Of a stretch of DNA of 64,000 bases, positions 19,786 to 28,563 are shown one piece after another. Position numbers and translations under genes: made by a program. Location of the stretch: the sequence record SRR2962707_648; one strand, given 5' to 3'. Under the pieces are notes generated by a model, which saw only the letters and a list, made by a program, of their open reading frames with translations, did not search any database and was not told the DNA's origin. The first letter of the stretch is position 1; every line of letters begins with the position of its first letter.

Positions 19786-21282
19786 ATGACGGACTGTCTA
19801 ATTAATGTTGAATTCCAACCTGGCAAAAGCTTTCAACAACAAATAAGAGAGAAACTCGTTGATTTAATTAAGAAAGATTATTTTGGCGAATCTAGTTTAC
19901 CTTCCAGCCGTAAGATGGCTCAGCTGTTAGGCGTGTCCAGAAATACCGTTATGCTGGTGTACGAAGGCTTGGTTGATGAACGCTTTTTAATTTCTAAAGA
20001 GCGCAGTGGCTACTTTGTGAACCCGGAACTAGACGATCAACTCCCCGATACAGTGCACCTTTTAAAGAAGACGCCAGAAAGTGACCTAGGCTGGAGCAAA
20101 AGACTCAAAAAAATCCCCTCTTCTTTTAACACCTTGCACAAGGACAAAAATTGGATCACCTACTCATATCCATTTATTTACGGCCAAATAGAGCCCATGC
20201 ACTTTCCGCTTTATCAATGGCGTGAATGCACTCGCATTGCGCAGAGTCGCGGGAATGTTCATGAGTGGATTGAAGACTATGTGGATGTGGACTCAAAGGC
20301 ACTAATCAGCCAAATACGTCAAAATATTTTGCCCAAACGCGGCATCACCGCCAGTGCCGACCAGATACTTCTCACCATGGGCACGCAAAATTCGTTTTCT
20401 CTTTTGGCTGGTTTACTCACCAATGAAGACACCTTGGTTGGATTAGAAGACCCTGGCTATCCAGACCAACGCCATATTTTTCATGCCTCGCGTTCACAAC
20501 TCACCTTTTTGCAACTCGATGATCAAGGCGTGGTCACAGGACCACAGCTTAGCCCCTGTGATTATGTTTGCGTGACCCCAAGCCATCAATACCCCACGAC
20601 GGTCACCATGCCATTGGATAGGCGTATCGCACTATTAGAGCAAGCATCAACAGACGATTTCATCATTATCGAAGACGATTATGAAAGCGAAGTGAATTTC
20701 CATGAGCGCCCTTTGCCATCGTTAAAAAGCATGGATGATAAAGGCAGGGTTATTTACGCAGGCAGTTTATCAAAGTCTTTATCACCGGGACTTAGGTTAG
20801 GTTATTTAGTGGCGGACGCGGAATTAATCAAAGAACTCAGAGAGCTGCGTCGTTTGCAATATCGCCATCCGCCCGCTAACAACCAAACCGTGGCCGCGCT
20901 CTTTATTAGTCAGGGGTACTACGACAGCCATTTGCGCCGGATGAAAACCTTGTATGAAACAAAATGGGGACTGATGTCTCGTGGGTTGAAAAAACACTTA
21001 GCACAATGTGAGATAACAGAAACCCAAGGTAGCTTCTGCTTTTGGATAAAATTGCCCAGCCCCTTAAAAAGCTCAGACTTAGTTCGTTTAGCGTCTAATT
21101 ACAGTATTTTAGTGGAATCGGGAGACAGCCTTTTTGCCCAAGCGCCTTCTCCACAGAATTACATACGACTGGGGTTCTCGGCGATACCTGAAGACAAAAT
21201 AGAAAAAGGCCTTGAGGTGTTAGGCACACTCATTTTACAACTGCAAAAAGAATACCCTCGTCAGATATACGCAACGAATTAG
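19786..21282 (+). CDS. MocR/GabR-family PLP-dependent regulator (TauR-like)
   Basis: GntR HTH LPSSRKMA..LGVSRNTV; aminotransferase-like TPSHQYPT, IIEDDY and SLSKSLSPGLRLG; divergent from tauB. Confidence 0.9.
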   Translation: MTDCLINVEFQPGKSFQQQIREKLVDLIKKDYFGESSLPSSRKMAQLLGVSRNTVMLVYEGLVDERFLISKERSGYFVNPELDDQLPDTVHLLKKTPESDLGWSKRLKKIPSSFNTLHKDKNWITYSYPFIYGQIEPMHFPLYQWRECTRIAQSRGNVHEWIEDYVDVDSKALISQIRQNILPKRGITASADQILLTMGTQNSFSLLAGLLTNEDTLVGLEDPGYPDQRHIFHASRSQLTFLQLDDQGVVTGPQLSPCDYVCVTPSHQYPTTVTMPLDRRIALLEQASTDDFIIIEDDYESEVNFHERPLPSLKSMDDKGRVIYAGSLSKSLSPGLRLGYLVADAELIKELRELRRLQYRHPPANNQTVAALFISQGYYDSHLRRMKTLYETKWGLMSRGLKKHLAQCEITETQGSFCFWIKLPSPLKSSDLVRLASNYSILVESGDSLFAQAPSPQNYIRLGFSAIPEDKIEKGLEVLGTLILQLQKEYPRQIYATN

Positions 21283-21315
21283 CCCTTTAGGAGTAACTCG
21301 TCGACTTCGCGTTTG

Positions 21316-21729
21316 TTAATCCCAATTGCTTTTTCGTAAGCTTTTAATCTGACCTTTTTGTTTTTTCTTGTCGACGCGTTTCTTTTGTGAAGAGCGCGAA
21401 GGTTTGGTCGCTCGACGCGCTTTTTGCACTTTAATGGCGTCAAGAATAAGCGCTTTTAAGCGCGCTAAAGCATCCTCTCGGTTTAACTCTTGGGTTCTAT
21501 GTTGCTGCGCCTTGATGACAATATCACCCTCTTTCGTTAGACGGCTGTCACTCAACGCCAGCAGACGTTCTTTATGGAAGTCAGGCAAGGAAGAGTTGGC
21601 AACATTAAAGCGCAAATGGATCGCCGATGAGACTTTGTTAACGTTTTGACCGCCCGCGCCTTGGGCTCGAATAGCTGTTAATTCAATTTCGTGATCGGGA
21701 ATGGAAACAGCAATGGAAATTTGCAACAT
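21316..21729 (-). CDS. arfB: Alternative ribosome rescue factor B (YaeJ)
   Basis: RAQGAGGQNVNKVSSA (GGQ motif) and a basic C-terminal tail. Confidence 0.95.
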   Translation of the reverse strand: MLQISIAVSIPDHEIELTAIRAQGAGGQNVNKVSSAIHLRFNVANSSLPDFHKERLLALSDSRLTKEGDIVIKAQQHRTQELNREDALARLKALILDAIKVQKARRATKPSRSSQKKRVDKKKQKGQIKSLRKSNWD

Positions 21730-21868
21730 TGGGATAATTTTATAACTCGTCAGCTTAATCTGGCCAAGATTGTAACAGTCTTAGTCAGGCTTTGCTTTGA
21801 TGGATCGTTTCAAGCTACATTATCAGTTACAATCCGTCTCTTGTCTCAGATTAAGTAGGGAGTTTTTC

Positions 21869-22630
21869 GTGACTCAGTTTCGTCCTTGTATTGATTTACA
21901 CCAAGGCAAAGTTAAGCAAATCGTCGGCGGCAGCCTCAATGACAAAGGCGCCAAAGAAAACTTTATTAGTGATTACGACGCAGCGCATTATGCCGCCCTA
22001 TACCGTGAACACAATTTAACTGGCGGTCATGTTATTGCATTGGGGAAAGGCAATCATAACGAAGCGATCAGCGCGCTAAAAACCTACCCAAATGGTCTTC
22101 AATTTGGCGGTGGCGTAACCGCACGCAATGCACAAAGCTATCTTGAAGCCGGCGCATCACACGTTATTGTTACATCGTATTTGTTTGAAAACGGTGAATT
22201 CTCTTGGGATCGTCTCGATAAAGTAAAACGTGAAACAGGCGTAGATCGCTTGGTTCTTGATCTCAGCTGCCGCCGTACTGCCAATGGCTGGTACATTGCC
22301 ACTGATCGTTGGCAAACCATTACCTCCACAGAAGTGAATAGTGCCAACCTTATTGAACTTGCTGACCATTGCGATGAGTTTCTGATTCATGCGGCCGATG
22401 TCGAAGGTTTACAAAGTGGTATTGATGAAGAGCTGGTGACACTGCTTGGCCAAGGTTGTCCGGTTGCCGTGACTTACGCTGGCGGCGCGCGCTCGTTAGA
22501 CGATTTAAAACGCGTCAATCAACTCTCTAATGGCAAGGTAGATCTGACCATTGGCAGCGCGCTTGATATCTTCGGCGGACAAGGAATTACCTTAGACGAA
22601 TGCATCCTTTGGAATCAGACTAAAGCCTAA
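21869..22630 (+). CDS. hisA: ProFAR isomerase, eukaryote-like (His6-type) HisA
   Basis: FRPCIDLHQGKVKQIVGG, LVLDLSCR, EFLIHAADVEG and DLTIGSALDIFGG motifs; GTG start after GGGAG. Confidence 0.9.
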   Translation: MTQFRPCIDLHQGKVKQIVGGSLNDKGAKENFISDYDAAHYAALYREHNLTGGHVIALGKGNHNEAISALKTYPNGLQFGGGVTARNAQSYLEAGASHVIVTSYLFENGEFSWDRLDKVKRETGVDRLVLDLSCRRTANGWYIATDRWQTITSTEVNSANLIELADHCDEFLIHAADVEGLQSGIDEELVTLLGQGCPVAVTYAGGARSLDDLKRVNQLSNGKVDLTIGSALDIFGGQGITLDECILWNQTKA

Positions 22631-22909
22631 CCTTTTTTGCTTCTATGATGCCGACATGACTCGTTCAAGATGCCTTCAATCACCACACCAATGAAGGCAT
22701 CTTAATTCATCAAGTGCTTAATTTAAGGGCATTTCAGTCAGAGACAAACCGACAAAACCTTCAAACAAACATTTGCTTCTTCAGACAGTCCTTTTACAGT
22801 TCTTTTGATAGTATTGACGCAGATGATTCGAGCACGAGATCTCGACATCACCGGGTCCATGCCGCATACTAGCTGCACTTATTTTTATATCTAATCTTAG
22901 GATTATTCA

Positions 22910-23638
22910 ATGTCGCTATTCCGTGCAGGCTTTTTACTTTTGCCGCTTTTCATCAGTGCATGCTCCTTACCTATTTTGCACAAAACAACGCCATCAGAGA
23001 CTGAACAAACAACACATCAAGCAAGCTCAAAAGAGCAAGCCGTTACGTCTTCACAAACAAGTGGTGAGCGTTCGCAAGCCCTGCTTGAGACACTTGACGA
23101 GGAAATGAAACAAGCCGCAGCTCATCATTCAGAGCTTCTGGCTCGCTCTGGGACAGCGCCCAGCATTCCATCCATAGACAAAGAGTCTATGACCACACAG
23201 CTGCTTACCTCTGAAGCCATTCAACAACTGCGTGCTTACAACGATCAGACCAGTGAGCAACTTATGGCCATCGACAGCCGCGTAGAGCAACGTAAAAAAG
23301 CCGCCTTACCAGGAGACATCATTCAAATATTGGTGTCTAAAACGAACATCACACTGGCCGATTCCAGCTTTGTCACACAACCGTTAATAGGCCAATGGGT
23401 TCGCGGCGAAAGTCGAGTTATCCGCTTGAAAGATGGTTTATTATTCGACGCTCAACACTCTGAAGATCTGCGCATCACTTACTCAGAAAGCTATCAGTTG
23501 TTGGTCAATGATAAGGTGATCAGTATTGTTAATCCTAACAACGAGAAAAGCCATGCCACATTTGACGTTGATACCAGCGAAAACAATGGCACCATTATCG
23601 GCTCTTTAGATTACCGCCAAGTAACTGGCAGCCACTAA
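22910..23638 (+). CDS. Hypothetical lipoprotein
   Basis: Lipobox FISA-C; AGGA RBS; no family recognised. Confidence 0.65.
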   Translation: MSLFRAGFLLLPLFISACSLPILHKTTPSETEQTTHQASSKEQAVTSSQTSGERSQALLETLDEEMKQAAAHHSELLARSGTAPSIPSIDKESMTTQLLTSEAIQQLRAYNDQTSEQLMAIDSRVEQRKKAALPGDIIQILVSKTNITLADSSFVTQPLIGQWVRGESRVIRLKDGLLFDAQHSEDLRITYSESYQLLVNDKVISIVNPNNEKSHATFDVDTSENNGTIIGSLDYRQVTGSH

Positions 23639-23728
23639 CGCATCATTGCCCCTCGCAATGCGCTGTTATAACAAACATGGTTAGCAACACGGCTACGGCA
23701 AGAACGAAGCACATCCAGCGTGCTTCGT

Positions 23729-24232
23729 TTAATGCTGACTCAGCTGTTCTCGGTTCCCACAACCTGGTTCTAGAGTTAGCATGGCGGAACGCTGCTGCTG
23801 AACATGATCCAACGTCATTTGAATCCACGCTAGGTACTGGCTAATCCAACTGGCAAAGAGACGGTCGCTAATTCGCTCCACCATCCTTCTGATTCTTTTT
23901 AGCGCTTGGCGATTTACACTCATGACTCGACTTGGTGCATGTTTGTCAGAGGACTTTAAAGCCATCAAATACGCCTTCGCAATGTAACCTGCCTCTAAAT
24001 TCATCGTACCACTGTCTTTCGGCAATGGTGCTAAGCTTACCAACAAGCTGTCACATAGCGTTCGATACTGAGTAGACACCCGCTGGAAAAAATGCTGCTC
24101 TGCCGTATTGGTCGCGCGCTTATAGAGATTGGAATTGGCAACACTGCCATCGAAACTAATAGAAAGAATATCAACCATCAGTCGCGAGTCGGCGTCACAA
24201 TAGGCCTTGGTATTATTGTTACTCGGTTGCAT
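23729..24232 (-). CDS. Helical protein resembling the DUF2383/PA2169 ferritin-like family
   Basis: Pattern L.DIL.IS.DG ... FQR ... P.DSGT; GAGGGG RBS; sigma-54-like promoter upstream. Confidence 0.5.
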   Translation of the reverse strand: MQPSNNNTKAYCDADSRLMVDILSISFDGSVANSNLYKRATNTAEQHFFQRVSTQYRTLCDSLLVSLAPLPKDSGTMNLEAGYIAKAYLMALKSSDKHAPSRVMSVNRQALKRIRRMVERISDRLFASWISQYLAWIQMTLDHVQQQRSAMLTLEPGCGNREQLSQH

Positions 24233-24306
24233 GATTTATCCCCTCTCGATATGGCGTGTTTTGTGTAAATAACCTATAAAACGAATCTGTTTACTGAAAA
24301 GTCTCT

Positions 24307-24322
24307 TACAAAGGCTATGCCA
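24307..24322 (-). promoter_or_regulatory. Sigma-54 promoter variant (-24/-12)
   Basis: Minus strand TGGCATAGCCTTTGTA, i.e. GG-N10-GT. Confidence 0.55.
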
Positions 24323-24399
24323 ACTTAGCCAACCTGTGATGTTATAGGAGCTAACCTAGCAATTTGATGTTTCAACTGGGTGAAAACTGGATGAAAACA

Positions 24400-24433
24400 G
24401 GAAGAAATTACACGTTATCTTGTCAGCCTTACA
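24400..24433. promoter_or_regulatory. Paired candidate enhancer sites
   Basis: GGAAGAAATTACA (24400-24412) and TGTCAGCCTTACA (24421-24433), starts 21 bp apart. Confidence 0.5.
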
Positions 24434-24474
24434 CAGCGTAAGATGATTCAACAGGATTCTTAAGGAGAGCTAAC

Positions 24475-25818
24475 ATGCCATCACCAAAGCTTTTTATACA
24501 CACTCGTGATCCATCATTAGCCTCTGCTCTATTGTCTTTAGACAGCGTTCGACAATTTGAGCTAATGATAAGTAACCAAGCTGAATGCTGGTTAGAACAA
24601 CTAACACACTCGCAATGTCAGGTCGCCATAATTGAAGTTGACGGCGTAGAAAAAGCCTCTTTCCTCGCCTTGCAAAATAGCGAATTATTGAACTGCATTG
24701 AATTTTCATTTTTCAGCCAAGGCAAACCCGACACCTTGTTGGATGAGCTGATGCATAAAGGGGCTGGGTTCCATTATCGCGCACCCTTTAATTACTCATT
24801 AATCGAAGCCTCGTTACGAGAGTCTTTTATCGAACTCAGTGATAGCAAAAGCAGCGCATTAAGCAACACCAGTAATTTAGACCAGTTTGGTCAATTAGTG
24901 GGCTCTTCCATCGCTATGCACTCTTTGTACCGCACCATTCGCAAAGTCGCCGCCACCAAAACCAACGCCTTTATTATTGGCGAAAGCGGCTCTGGTAAAG
25001 AGCTAGTGGCCAACACATTGCATATCTTTAGCGAGCGCTCTGAAGCGCCATTTGTCGCCATCAACTGCGGCGCCTTAAGCCCAGAACTTATTGACAGTGA
25101 ATTGTTTGGTCACGTAAAAGGCTCTTTTACTGGCGCCTACAAGGACCATGAAGGGGTTTTTGAACAAGCCGAAGGAGGCACTCTGTTTCTAGACGAAATC
25201 ACCGAGATGCCTTACGAACATCAGGTAAAATTACTGCGGGTACTAGAGAGCGGGGAATACAAACCCGTTGGAGGACAAAACGTCAAAATCGCAGATGTGC
25301 GTATCATTGCGGCGACCAACCGCTGCCTTAGCGATGCAATCAAAGAGGAAACCTTCCGAGAAGATCTGTATTTTCGATTGGCTCAATTCCCTATTAGCGT
25401 TCCGCCACTGCGAGACCGTGAAGAAGACGCTAGCGGCCTAGCGCAACACTTCTTGGCGTATCGTAATGCCCAAGATAACACCCATAAAAGCCTCTCAAAA
25501 AGCACCCTTGATAAAATACAAAGCTATTCTTGGCCTGGTAATGTGCGCGAATTAAAGCACACCATTGAACGCGCCTGCATACTGGCAAATGATGTGATTA
25601 AGCCAGAACATTTGATTATCAATAGCCTAGGAGACGATGACCAAGCCGATGACAGTCAAAAAGTGCCCGTCGGTATGCGCCTCGATGACATCGAAAAAAT
25701 TGCCATCACCGAAACCTTAAAAGAAAACGCGGGCAATAAAACAGATACCGCTCAACAGCTCGGCATCAGTGTGAAAACGCTTTATAACAAACTGGACAAA
25801 TACGACAACTCTAATTAA
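24475..25818 (+). CDS. Sigma-54-dependent enhancer-binding protein (AAA+, Fis HTH)
   Basis: GESGSGKE, ELFGHVKGSFTGA, GGTLFLDE, WPGNVREL and C-terminal LGISVKTLYNKL motifs. Confidence 0.95.
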   Translation: MPSPKLFIHTRDPSLASALLSLDSVRQFELMISNQAECWLEQLTHSQCQVAIIEVDGVEKASFLALQNSELLNCIEFSFFSQGKPDTLLDELMHKGAGFHYRAPFNYSLIEASLRESFIELSDSKSSALSNTSNLDQFGQLVGSSIAMHSLYRTIRKVAATKTNAFIIGESGSGKELVANTLHIFSERSEAPFVAINCGALSPELIDSELFGHVKGSFTGAYKDHEGVFEQAEGGTLFLDEITEMPYEHQVKLLRVLESGEYKPVGGQNVKIADVRIIAATNRCLSDAIKEETFREDLYFRLAQFPISVPPLRDREEDASGLAQHFLAYRNAQDNTHKSLSKSTLDKIQSYSWPGNVRELKHTIERACILANDVIKPEHLIINSLGDDDQADDSQKVPVGMRLDDIEKIAITETLKENAGNKTDTAQQLGISVKTLYNKLDKYDNSN

Positions 25819-25885
25819 CCAACCTTCGATGTACTATGGCGAGTCTCCGTCTGCTCAGTAGATCAGGAGACCGCAGAGAAAGTGC

Positions 25886-27595
25886 TCATTGCGCTGTTTT
25901 TTGAGCCTCTTTGGTGCCAGAGTTTTCTTTTAGCGCATTGTTTAAAGCAGACTCAGGCACCACCACATTCAGTGAATTTGGATTGACCTTAATATTAATC
26001 GTATCAGCCTCTCGCTCCTCGCCGTCAATCACATAGCGCCCTACCTGACTAATATCGACGGTGACTTGTCGAGCCGCACGATGGAACACCCCTGACTCTC
26101 GCGCCTCTTCGTCATGCTCTGACCCATTATCAGCGTTGGCATCCCCTAACCCTAACAAAGCCAATTCCGCCAAATTCAACAATTGAAAACGATGTGGATC
26201 AAGCCAGGTTAAATCCAACTCACCGTCCATAATATTTGGCATTCCCCTACCTTGCGCCAACAAGGTGGTGATGGGAGCGGCATTGGCTATTGTGAGACTC
26301 GGTGTCTTAATCATAAACGTCTCTTCATCGTCTAATGACACCTGAAACTCATGCACATCATTTTGGCTGATGGCTTCTCGTAAACCTTGTAAATAAGCAA
26401 GTTGCCCACTGGTGTTTTTCTTCTCACGGTCCGCTTTTTCAATCATTTGTTGTTCAAAGCCCACACCAACCATAAGCAGCATTAGCTCACCATTGCACTC
26501 GGCGGTATCAATTTTTTGCTCACACCCTTCCACTAAATTAATGCACGCGGTTTCCACTGGCGCCACTTTGGACAAGACGCCGCACAAAACATGGCTCAAC
26601 GCATTTGCGGTACCAAAAGGAATGATACCCAGCTTGATATCACTGCCCACCAGCGCGCTCGCCACTTCCGCCACGGTACCGTCTCCTCCGCAAGCAATAA
26701 CAAGGTCTGGAGAAGCGTTTACCGCCTCTTTGGCATAAACCGTCCCATTATTCTCAGGGGACGTTATTTTCACAGTCACATCATAATAGGCACTCAGATA
26801 ACGCAAAATAAACGCTTTTTCAGCTTCCCATTGGCGCTTTCCTGCAACGGGGTTAGCAATCAGCCAAGCGGTATTACGCACCGTGAGTAAACCATTTTTA
26901 TGGGCGCGCTTTAGCGCCTTAAACTGACGTTTATTCAGGCGTGCCGTTTGACGAATGGTGCGAATTTTTTCCATCACGTCGTCGGGTGAGCAGTTTGGAT
27001 TTTGGCTCAATAAATACGCCGCCATAACAAAAACCGAACGTCCGCGACCTAACGCACAATGAATCATCACCGAACGGCCTGTTTTTCGATGTGTGTGTAT
27101 CCAGTTTAAGGCTTTGTATATTTGCACGTTAGAGGGCGTCGAATGATCCAACACAGGAATATTTAGATAATCCACATGCTGTTGACTGGACACCCAATTC
27201 AACGAAGTAAATTCAGCGGTCACATCAAGGATCGCCGCTATATTCTCACTTTTAAGGTGATGCACATCAGAAGGGAAAAGACGACGGGCAAGGTACAAAC
27301 CTTCGTCGATTTTTTGCAAGGCTGGCACGGTATCACGGCTACGTTGCCAAGAATTGTACAGCTGAGTCGTCCATAGGAAAGGATGAAATACCCAGCGGAT
27401 ATACACGGGCACACTGCCGTCGGAGCGTTTTCGAAAAATGGTGGGGTTGTTTAATAAATACGCCAAGCTGACAGCCAGATAGGACAAGGTAAACCACGCC
27501 AATGCCAACTTAAAATAGACGTTAGAAGTCAATGTTGTCAGCAGTGCTAACACCACTGTGATGTAGAAATAATATTGTGGCTGAAACAAAGGCAC
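25886..27595 (-). CDS. Membrane-anchored dual-specificity phosphatase fused to a YegS/DAG-kinase domain
   Basis: N-terminal TM segments; CX5R motif HCALGRGRS; kinase motifs ANPVAG, GGDGT and PFGTAN; GTG start after GAGGAGG. Confidence 0.88.
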   Translation of the reverse strand: MPLFQPQYYFYITVVLALLTTLTSNVYFKLALAWFTLSYLAVSLAYLLNNPTIFRKRSDGSVPVYIRWVFHPFLWTTQLYNSWQRSRDTVPALQKIDEGLYLARRLFPSDVHHLKSENIAAILDVTAEFTSLNWVSSQQHVDYLNIPVLDHSTPSNVQIYKALNWIHTHRKTGRSVMIHCALGRGRSVFVMAAYLLSQNPNCSPDDVMEKIRTIRQTARLNKRQFKALKRAHKNGLLTVRNTAWLIANPVAGKRQWEAEKAFILRYLSAYYDVTVKITSPENNGTVYAKEAVNASPDLVIACGGDGTVAEVASALVGSDIKLGIIPFGTANALSHVLCGVLSKVAPVETACINLVEGCEQKIDTAECNGELMLLMVGVGFEQQMIEKADREKKNTSGQLAYLQGLREAISQNDVHEFQVSLDDEETFMIKTPSLTIANAAPITTLLAQGRGMPNIMDGELDLTWLDPHRFQLLNLAELALLGLGDANADNGSEHDEEARESGVFHRAARQVTVDISQVGRYVIDGEEREADTINIKVNPNSLNVVVPESALNNALKENSGTKEAQKTAQ

Positions 27596-27699
27596 GCCTC
27601 CTCGTCACTCTACTAAAACTCAACTCATCTTAATAAACTAACATCATCCAGAAAACCAACACTGTCCTCAAAAGCAACGCTATTCAATCAACATAGCAC

Positions 27700-27740
27700 T
27701 TACTTTGCCCAGAAATCTATACGAGATCTGGGCAAAGTAA
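27700..27740. other. 14-bp inverted repeat between the lipoprotein and phosphatase-kinase genes
   Basis: TTACTTTGCCCAGA ... TCTGGGCAAAGTAA; no clear U-tract on the minus strand. Confidence 0.6.
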
Positions 27741-27753
27741 TAAAACGCTGTGA

Positions 27754-28023
27754 CTAGCAATCTGTGTCTTCGGCGTTCACGCCTTCTTTGGCTTTCTCAC
27801 AGGTATCTTCAATTGCGTTACCCATATCCGTCGCCTGATCTGAAATCGCATCACCTGCGTCATCCATAGCGTCACCGGCTTTGTCCATGGTCTGCTCAAC
27901 CTGATCACCCACTTTTGAAGCCGTGTCATCTGCACTGTTTGATGTTTCGTCATTACACGCTGCCAATGAACCAGCAACGACCATAACCAATGCGCTTTTT
28001 AGTAATACACGTTTCATATTCAT
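27754..28023 (-). CDS. Small acidic lipoprotein with LEA/hydrophilin-like repeats
   Basis: Lipobox LAA-C; D/A/E/T-rich quasi-repeats (DKAGDAMDDAGDA); C-terminal Cys pair. Confidence 0.75.
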   Translation of the reverse strand: MNMKRVLLKSALVMVVAGSLAACNDETSNSADDTASKVGDQVEQTMDKAGDAMDDAGDAISDQATDMGNAIEDTCEKAKEGVNAEDTDC

Positions 28024-28048
28024 AAAGATAATCTCCATTCAGTTTAGA

Positions 28049-28225
28049 TTATTTTCTTGGTGATTTGCCACGTAGGGCGTTCGCAACCAAAGAAATCAGT
28101 AGTAAAACAATAAAAATGAAAAAGATGATTTTAGCGATCCCTGCCGCTGCGCCTGCAATACCAGTAAAGCCCAGTACAGCGGCAACCAATGCAATCATTA
28201 GAAAGATAACGGTCCAAACCAACAT
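28049..28225 (-). CDS. DUF1328 / YtjA-family small membrane protein (58 aa, not in the ORF track)
   Basis: Translates to [67 protein letters not shown]. Confidence 0.92.
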   Translation of the reverse strand: MLVWTVIFLMIALVAAVLGFTGIAGAAAGIAKIIFFIFIVLLLISLVANALRGKSPRK

Positions 28226-28277
28226 GCTATTCTCCTTAACGTATTTTCATCGTTTTCATTGTCTTCCCTAATGGTAT

Positions 28278-28293
28278 TGCGAAGGTCGTGCCA
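28278..28293 (-). promoter_or_regulatory. Sigma-54 promoter (-24/-12)
   Basis: Minus strand TGGCACGACCTTCGCA, GG-N10-GC, near consensus. Confidence 0.85.
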
Positions 28294-28310
28294 GTTTGTA
28301 AAGAAGATAG

Positions 28311-28323
28311 TAAGCCACTGATT
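28311..28323 (-). promoter_or_regulatory. IHF site
   Basis: Minus strand AATCAGTGGCTTA matches WATCAR-N4-TTR; lies between the promoter and the candidate enhancers. Confidence 0.6.
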
Positions 28324-28380
28324 TTTAAAGCGTTTTTATTTGATAGTGGTTTTTAAGCGCGCTTTTTTAAAGGCTAAACA

Positions 28381-28415
28381 AGAAATTCTTACAAAGTCGG
28401 CAGGTAATCGTTTCC
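28381..28415. promoter_or_regulatory. Paired candidate enhancer sites
   Basis: AGAAATTCTTACA (28381-28393) and GGTAATCGTTTCC (28403-28415), starts 22 bp apart. Confidence 0.5.
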
Positions 28416-28481
28416 GTCGGATAAATGTAAAGACGCAAATAATGTGACCGCACGGCAAAGGGTTGGTAACACACAGGCAAT

Positions 28482-28506
28482 AAAAAACCCTTCAAATGAA
28501 GGGTTT
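28482..28506 (-). terminator. Terminator of the pot operon
   Basis: AAACCCTTC/GAAGGGTTT stem with a U-run on the minus strand. Confidence 0.75.
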
Positions 28507-28563
28507 GGGGGAAACCTAAAAAGAACACAGCACTAACCTACTAAGCGACTCGAGGTTAGAGAC

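Noticed and set aside
23643-23828. 61-aa ORF with a hydrophobic tail
   Set aside because: Overlaps the DUF2383-like gene out of frame and has no RBS; cannot be supported.
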